Shown: in pieces, positions 34,383 through 64,000 of the stretch | Numbering within the stretch: the stretch's first letter is position 1 | Layout: every line of letters starts with the position of its first letter | Assembly: GCA_002269645.1 (NCBI GenBank) | Contig: NIVC01002753.1 | Location: 1,541-65,540 of the forward strand | Origin: Macrostomum lignano | Taxonomy: Eukaryota | Reading direction: 5' to 3' | DNA: 64,000 nucleotides | Notes under the pieces: model-generated | What the model was told of the DNA's origin: nothing | Databases searched by the model: none | What the model saw: only the letters and a program-made list of their open reading frames with translations | Position numbers and translations under genes: made by a program

Positions 34383-35182
34383 CCTTCCGAGTAAATTTGA
34401 ATTATTGTGTGTAACTTTACAGGGTCAATAATCTAATATGTGCACTTTTATCGTTAGTGCACTGGCTCCTCTAGAATTTAAAAGTGCATTATTAGTCTGC
34501 ACAGATAGTTTAGTAGGGTACCTATTCCGCGTGTGTTAGCATTATTTAGAATTTTTATTGTGTGCAAATCACTAAATATTATTCCGTGCCATTGTAATGC
34601 AAATTGTAAGAGAATTATTTCTAATCATGGCAATATTGTCAGACGTTTTTAAAAACCTAAATATTGACATTAATTTGTATTCACTTTGCCCAGTTCCAAT
34701 TTCTCTTGGCAATTAATTTTTTGTATTTGAAAGGGTTTCTATAAATATTTTACTGCGATAATTCTATTTATATCCGATATAAATTTATTGCAATCTTATT
34801 CATTTTTAACTCGTGTCTCACACAACTGAGAGAGCAAATATTATTTTGTTATATTTGCGATTTTTAAACGGATTTTTATTAATAATAATAATAACTCTAT
34901 ACTACTACTTCAGTGTGTCCGTATATTTTGCGAATATATATGCCTAAATGGTTAATCAGCTGTCTGTAAGAGCGCGCTGACTGACCTGAGTTGACAGCTG
35001 TTGTGTTGCGCGTCTGGTCGCTTATTTTGAGAAACGAATTTAAACAAAATGTTTTCCTTGTCTCTCTTCATTTTTGTGAGGTTTTTCAGCTTGCAAACTG
35101 AATATTGGCGGGGCTGTTTTACGATTTGGAAATGTCAAGCCTCTGAAAGTCACCTCTTCATGGCACAGTTTCTGGTGCGGGC

Positions 35183-35560
35183 GCCCCTGGTGCTAAAGCC
35201 CATGGTGCTAAAGCCCTTGGTGCTAAAGCCCCTGGTGGTAAAGCCCCTGGTGCTATAGACCCTGGTGCTATAGACCCTGGTGCTAAAGCCCCTGGTGCTA
35301 AAGCCCCTTGGTGCTAAAGCCCCTGGTGCTAAAGCCCTTTGTGGTAAAGCCTTGGTGCTAAAGCCCCTGGTGCTAAAGCCCATGGTGCTAAAGCCCCTGG
35401 TGCTAAAGCCACTAGTGCTAAAGCCCTGGTGCTAAAGCCCTTGGTGCTAAAGCCCCTGGTGCTAAAGCCCTGGTGCTAAAGCCCCTGGTGCTAAAGCCCC
35501 TGGTGCCCTGGTGCTAAAGCCCTGGTGCTAAACCCTGGTGCTGAAGCCCTGGTTCTAAAG
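35183..35560. repeat. 14-16-bp GGTGCTAAAGCCCCT family, array 1
   Basis: Direct reading. Confidence 0.93.
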
Positions 35561-36014
35561 CGACATCTGACAATCAATCAAACGTGTCGTGAGCTCAGCG
35601 CACAGAAAAACAAAGAAGTTTGGCAGTAATGAGGGAGGCCCTGTCATATAGTAAAGAATCAATTACATTTGACTCGGCAGGGTCAAACAAAAAGAGTGCG
35701 CCCACCCTACAGTATGTTGTCCAATTCTGTTTAGCTATCAACCAGCTGCTTAGCTCGACTGCATGGGCGGTGCGATGACACATGCAGCGCGTGGGCGTAT
35801 TTTTTTTAGTGAGAAACTGCTCTCGCTTTCTTGCGTATAGATAAAATCCCATGCCTTCAGTGGACATTTCTTCCCTTTAATTGACTGGTTGCACAGCTTG
35901 GCCATGTGCGTGGGAGGCTGGCACTTTGGGAGCTCTTTCAACAGCAGTGTCAACTTCATCCCATTCCTTTGATCCCCTCTTTGTCGCCTCCTTGTCTCAA
36001 CTATCTTGTCTATC

Positions 36015-38345
36015 CCGTCTCATCCGTCTGCTCACCCCTCTGCCCAATACTCTGCTACATCCTGTCTGTTTCATCCTCTGCTTCATCCTCTGCTTCATCC
36101 TCTGCTTTATCCTCTGCTTTATCCTCTGCTTCATCCTCTGCTTTATCCTCTGCTTCATCCTCTGCTTTATCCTCTGCTTCATCCTCTGCTTTATCCTCTG
36201 CTTTATCCTCTGCTTCATCCTCTGCTTTATCCTCTGCTTCATCCTCTGCTTTATCCTCTGCTTCATCCTCTGCTTTATCCTCTGCTTTATCCTCTGCTTC
36301 ATCCTCTGCTTTATCCTCTGCTTTATCCTCTGCTTCATCCTCTGCTTCATCCTCTGCTTCATCCTCTGCTTCATCCTGTGTGTCTCATCCTCTGCTTTAT
36401 CCTCTGCTTTATCCTCTGCTTTATCCTCTGCTTCATCCTCTGCTTCATCCTCTGCTTCATCCTGTGTGTCTCATCCTCTGCTTCATCCTGTGTGTCTTAT
36501 CCTCTGCTTCATCCTGTGTGTCTCATCCTCTGCTTCATCCTGTGTGTCTCATCCTCTGCTTCATCCTGTGTGTCTCATCCTCTGCTTCATCCTGTGTGTC
36601 TCATCCTCTGCTTCATCCTGTGTGTCTCATCCTCTGCTTCATCCTGTCTGTCTCATCCTCTGCTTCATCCTGTGTGTCTCATCCTCTGCTTCATCCTCTG
36701 CTTCATAAATCGTGACTTTGACAATCGGCACTGTGTGTCTCATCCTCTGCTTCATCCTGTCTGTCTCATCCTCTGCTTCATCCTGTCTGTCTCATCCTCT
36801 GCTTCATCCTGTCTGTCTCATCCTCTGCTTCATCCTGTGTGTCTCATCCTCTGCTTCATCCTGTGTGTCTCATCCTCTGCTTCATCCTGTCTGTCTCATC
36901 CTCTGCTTCATCCTGTGTGTCTCATCCTCTGCTTCATCCTGTGTGTCTCATCCTCTGCTTCATCCTGTGTGTCTCATCCTCTGCTTCATCCTGTGTGTCT
37001 CATCCTCTGCTTCATCCTGTGTGTCTCATCCTCTGCTTCATACTGTGTGTCTCATCCTCTGCTTCATCCTGTGTGTCTCATCCTCTGCTTCATCCTGTGT
37101 GTCTCATCCTCTGCTTCATCCTGTCGGTTTCATCCTCTACTTCATCCTGTGTGTCTCATCCTCTGCTTCATCCTGTGTGTCTCATCCTCTGCTTCATCCT
37201 GTCTGTCTCATCCTCTGCTTCATCCTCTGCTTCATCCTGTGTGTCTCATCCTCTGCTTCATCCTCTGCTTCATCCTGTGTGTCTCATCCTCTGCTTCATC
37301 CTCTGCTTCATCCTGTGTGTCTCATCCTCTGCTTCATCCTCTGCTTCATCCTGTGTGTCTCGTCCTCTGCTTCATCCTGTGTGTCTCATCCTCAGCTTCA
37401 TCCTCTGCTTCATCCTGTGCGTCTCATCCTCTGCTTCATCCTGTCTGTCTCATCCTCTGCTTCATCCTCTGCTTCATCCTGTGTGTCTCATCCTCTGCTT
37501 CATCCTCTGCTTCATCCTGTCTGTCTCATCCTCTGCTTCATCCTCTGCTTCATCCTGTGTCTCATCCTCTGCTTCATCCTGTGTGTCTCATCCTCTGCTT
37601 CATCCTGTGTGTCTCATCCTCTGCTTCATCCTGTGTGTCTCATCCTCTGCTTCATCCTGTGTGTCTCATCCTCTGCTTCATCCTGTGTGTCTCATCCTCT
37701 GCTTCATCCTGTGTGTCTCATCCTCTGCTTCATCCTGTGTGTCTCATCCTCTGCTTCATCCTGTGTGTCTCATCCTCTGCTTCATCCTGTGTGTCTCATC
37801 CTCAGCTTCATCCTCTGCTTCATCCTGTGTGTCTCAACCTCTGCTTCATCCTGTGTGTCTCATCCTCTGCTTCATCCTGTGTGTCTCATCCTCTGCTTCA
37901 TCCTGTCTGTCTCATCCTCTGCTTCATCCTCTGCTTCATCCTGTGTGTCTCATCCTCTGCTTCATCCTGTGTGTCTCATCCTCTGCTTCATCCTGTGTGT
38001 CTCATCCTCTGCTTCATCCTGTGTGTCTCATCCTCTGCTTCATCCTGTGTGTCTCATCCTCTGCTTCATCCTGTATGTCTCATCCTCTGCTTCATCCTGT
38101 GTGTCTCATCCTCTGCTTCATCCTGTGTGTCTCATCCTCTGCTTCATCCTGTGTGTCTCATCCTCTGCTTCATCCTGTGTGTCTCATCCTCTGCTTCATC
38201 CTGTGTGTCTCATCCTCTGCTTCATCCTGTGTGTCTCATCCTCTGCTTCATCCTGTGTGTCTCATTCTCTGCTTCATCTTGTGTGTCCCACCCTTTTTCT
38301 CATCCTCTGCTACACCCTCTGTCTCACTCTGTCTCATCCTCTGTC
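36015..38345. repeat. Composite 12-bp TCATCCTCTGCT / 26-bp TCATCCTGTGTGTCTCATCCTCTGCT array
   Basis: Direct reading. Confidence 0.97.
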
Positions 38346-38879
38346 TTACCCTCTATCTCATTGTTTGTCCTTTCCTTTGCCGCACCGCAGAAACGCTACA
38401 ACCCTGCACTTTTATATATTGACGGTAAATCTAGGCCAAACAATTATAAGGTATGACTAATATTTTCTACAAAAATTCGTACAAATTTACAGTTGATTGA
38501 ACTCAAAAAATAGTCTATGAGTCCGCATGAAGCCCCCTACCCCGTCGTAGTCACATTTAGTGATTAAAGCATATTGGATATGTTTTGGCAGCAGGGGGGT
38601 AGGGGGGAACCTAAGGGCTAGAATCTAGATTAGGCTAGTGCTGAGGGGAGTACAGCGCATGCAGATGACCACCAGCCAAGGGTTGGGGCGCCAGACAGAC
38701 AGGCCAGGCAGACTGAGGAATGGGGTGTGGGGTGAGCGTGGGAGAGAGTGTTTCTAGGAAGTGCACGTGGTGGGGAAGTGGGAAATGCGGCGCTCATGGA
38801 GACCGAAACAGAGAACTCTCTGGATTGCCCAACTGCCAACTCATCAACAAGCAGTGCTGGTTGTTTGGCGTTGTAGCTT

Positions 38880-39062
38880 CTCTCCCCTCTCTCTTCTCTC
38901 CTCTCTCCTCTCTCCTCTCTCCTCTCTCCTCTCCCCTCTCTCCTCTCATCTCCCGTCTCTTCTCTCCTCCCCTCCTTTCCCTTTCCCTCTTTCATCTCCT
39001 CTCTTCCCTCTCCCCTCTCATTATCCCCTCTCCCCTTTCCTCTCTCATCTCTCATCTCTCCT
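38880..39062. repeat. CT-rich low-complexity tract
   Basis: Direct reading. Confidence 0.85.
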
Positions 39063-39805
39063 CAGTAATCAGTTGCCGACCCCTGCGCGGCCATAAATCG
39101 TGACTTTGACAATCGGCACTGCATGCAGATCCCTCGATCAAGATCTCCTTGAATAGGATAGAGAAACAGAGAGAGAGGGGGTTCAGTGAATTGAAATTGG
39201 CTCGGGGGGGGGGCAGAGGGGTAAAAGCTTTATTGGGAATGGACGAGACCCAAGCTCATGCTATTGGCTGGCTTGGTTCCGGGTGGGGCTATAGAAGGGA
39301 TGACAAACACAAGGGGTTGGTTGGTTGAAGGGAAGTGGGGAAGCACAGTTCAAAGAGCGTATTAACCCCCCCCCACCCAACCACACCGAAAAAGCCGTTC
39401 CGTCAGTTTCCTAATTTAGTGTATAAAACTGACTGACTGGACAAGGGCTTAAGGAAGGGAGCAACCCGAACGGAAAGGTTTAGCTTAAACGGTGCATCGC
39501 GGTTCAAGACTTGCTTCTGTCCTGTAAGGTACGCGTCCTACACGTACGAGGGTACTACAGCGTTTGATAGTGGAAGACCGGGTCGGATATTAAAACAGGT
39601 AAGTTTCAGTTTGCACTTTTGCAGATGAATAATACTAGTTAGTTAGAACTGATGTCACGTAGTTGAAAACAGCTGTACCTGTTTATTATAAACAATTAGT
39701 AGTCGAATTACCGTGCATGAGTATGTTGTACTTTGTTGAAATGTTTTGGATTGACAAGTGGGTAAATTAGCAATGAGTCATAGAAGTGCATTGCTCCTAA
39801 CTCGT

Positions 39806-40664
<859 letters not shown>

Positions 40665-41247
40665 CTTAATTAATAATCTCTCTCTCCCCACTGCCCTTTG
40701 TCCGGCCTCAATCATTCCCTGTCTCGGTCGCACTACTCTGTTGTCAATTCACCAGACTCGATTTAGGAGCAAGCTCACGAGCAAAGCTAAGCATGGATGA
40801 CGGGTCTATGAAAGGCAAGATTAGTCTTCAGTCTTTACCATCAGAGCACCTGGCCATCCATCAGGACGGACACAATAAAGAATGCTAATCTAGCTAGCTC
40901 ACAAGGCTGTGCCGCACGGGTGCCAGGTTAAAAAAGGCCGTACTAAGAGCTCAGAAGCGCCGTTTAATCATCAAGTTTACATAAAATCTTTTCCACTATC
41001 TACAGAGGTCTTTCTAATTTCTTTTTATAGCTTTTACAGTTTGGCTTGACTCTGAAGCCAAGGCTTGCAGCGACTGCCCATAGCATTTATTTTCCATCTT
41101 CAGCCTTCCGTACACTCGTTACCCCTACCTCACCACCTTGTCTATGCTGTTTATTTTCTTAATATGACAAGCGAAATATAGATGTGACTATAAGTGATCG
41201 ACTACAGATTGACACAGGTCCTATCCAAGGCTTCTATCCCTCCAGTT

Positions 41248-41820
<573 letters not shown>

Positions 41821-42155
41821 ATCAACCTCACTCCGGTTTCGTCACAGCCAAACAGGCTATTTTTGGTAGCACAGGAATGACGCACAGATTATCTGTGTAA
41901 CAAGAGCCAGTAAAATATTTCGTTGCAAAATATTTTTCAAGTTATTGTTGCCTCGCATCGGAGCTGCTATGACTTACTGACTGTGTTTATTAAACAGACA
42001 TTGACCTCCTCTTTAAGCTGCAGTCGTTAAACTTTCTGCGTAAATTAAAACTATTTATTTGTCGCTGAAAAGCTGCAAGGCTATAGAGCTTGAAGCAAAT
42101 TAGTTTTTGTCACGGTATAGTTTTCCACTATAGTCTAGATAGGTTGTGGATTAAA

Positions 42156-42188
<33 letters not shown>

Positions 42189-42461
42189 GCCGGGGTGAAG
42201 AGTCGTACAGTCAAGGTTAGGACAGTCTGACACTTCAGCAAAAACCGGTTCAACACCCCAGTGGCATCATAAAAGCTAGAAGCTTCAGCGATAGAGTGCA
42301 ACAATTTAAATAGTAATTAGCATTTGCATTAGTCATTGCTAACTAGCTCGTATAAAAATACTTCATTCGTAATTTACTTGCCTTGCCGTTTAACTATTTC
42401 AGAGATGAATCCAAGGAAACAGTTGTTCAAACTGTCTTCAAATTGTCTTTAGCGCGGCGTT

Positions 42462-63857
<21,396 letters not shown>

Positions 63858-64000
63858 AGACTTAAGGGGGAAGGCTGCCTTAAAAGTTGTTGTGCATGAA
63901 AAATCTTGTCAAATTCATACAAAACCTCACTCTATTCTCCACTGTTTGAGCAGACCTGCAGATTATTCAGTGCAATGCAATTATTATACATGTATCATTT

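Noticed and set aside
38535-38607. CCCCCTACCCC / GGGGTAGGGGG inverted repeat as a possible MITE
   Set aside because: No target-site duplication or second copy was seen.

Overview
Eukaryotic, intron-rich, very tandem-repeat-rich invertebrate genomic DNA; no prokaryotic features and no CRISPR. The repeat load and gene style suggest a flatworm such as Macrostomum, but this is inference only. Two plus-strand multi-exon genes were reconstructed by hand from GT-AG sites and reading-frame phase. (1) A type IV diacylglycerol kinase (DGKzeta/iota, rdgA family), 953..32058, 22 exons, about 1449 aa: two C1 domains, MARCKS-like basic segment, catalytic domain, ankyrin repeats, C-terminal ETEV. (2) A plexin, 42462..63857, 11 exons, about 2193 aa after repairing three 1-bp frameshifts. 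Most long ORFs in the track are artefacts of about 35 micro/minisatellite arrays, many filling individual introns. Mobile DNA: a Penelope-like (GIY-YIG) inverted duplication whose hammerhead ribozyme is intact on the antisense arm and core-mutated on the host-sense arm (best finding), a hAT-type MITE with an 8-bp TSD, two tRNA-derived SINE families (one copy apparently split by an inversion), and a 0.9-kb GC-rich insert bounded by 13-bp direct repeats.
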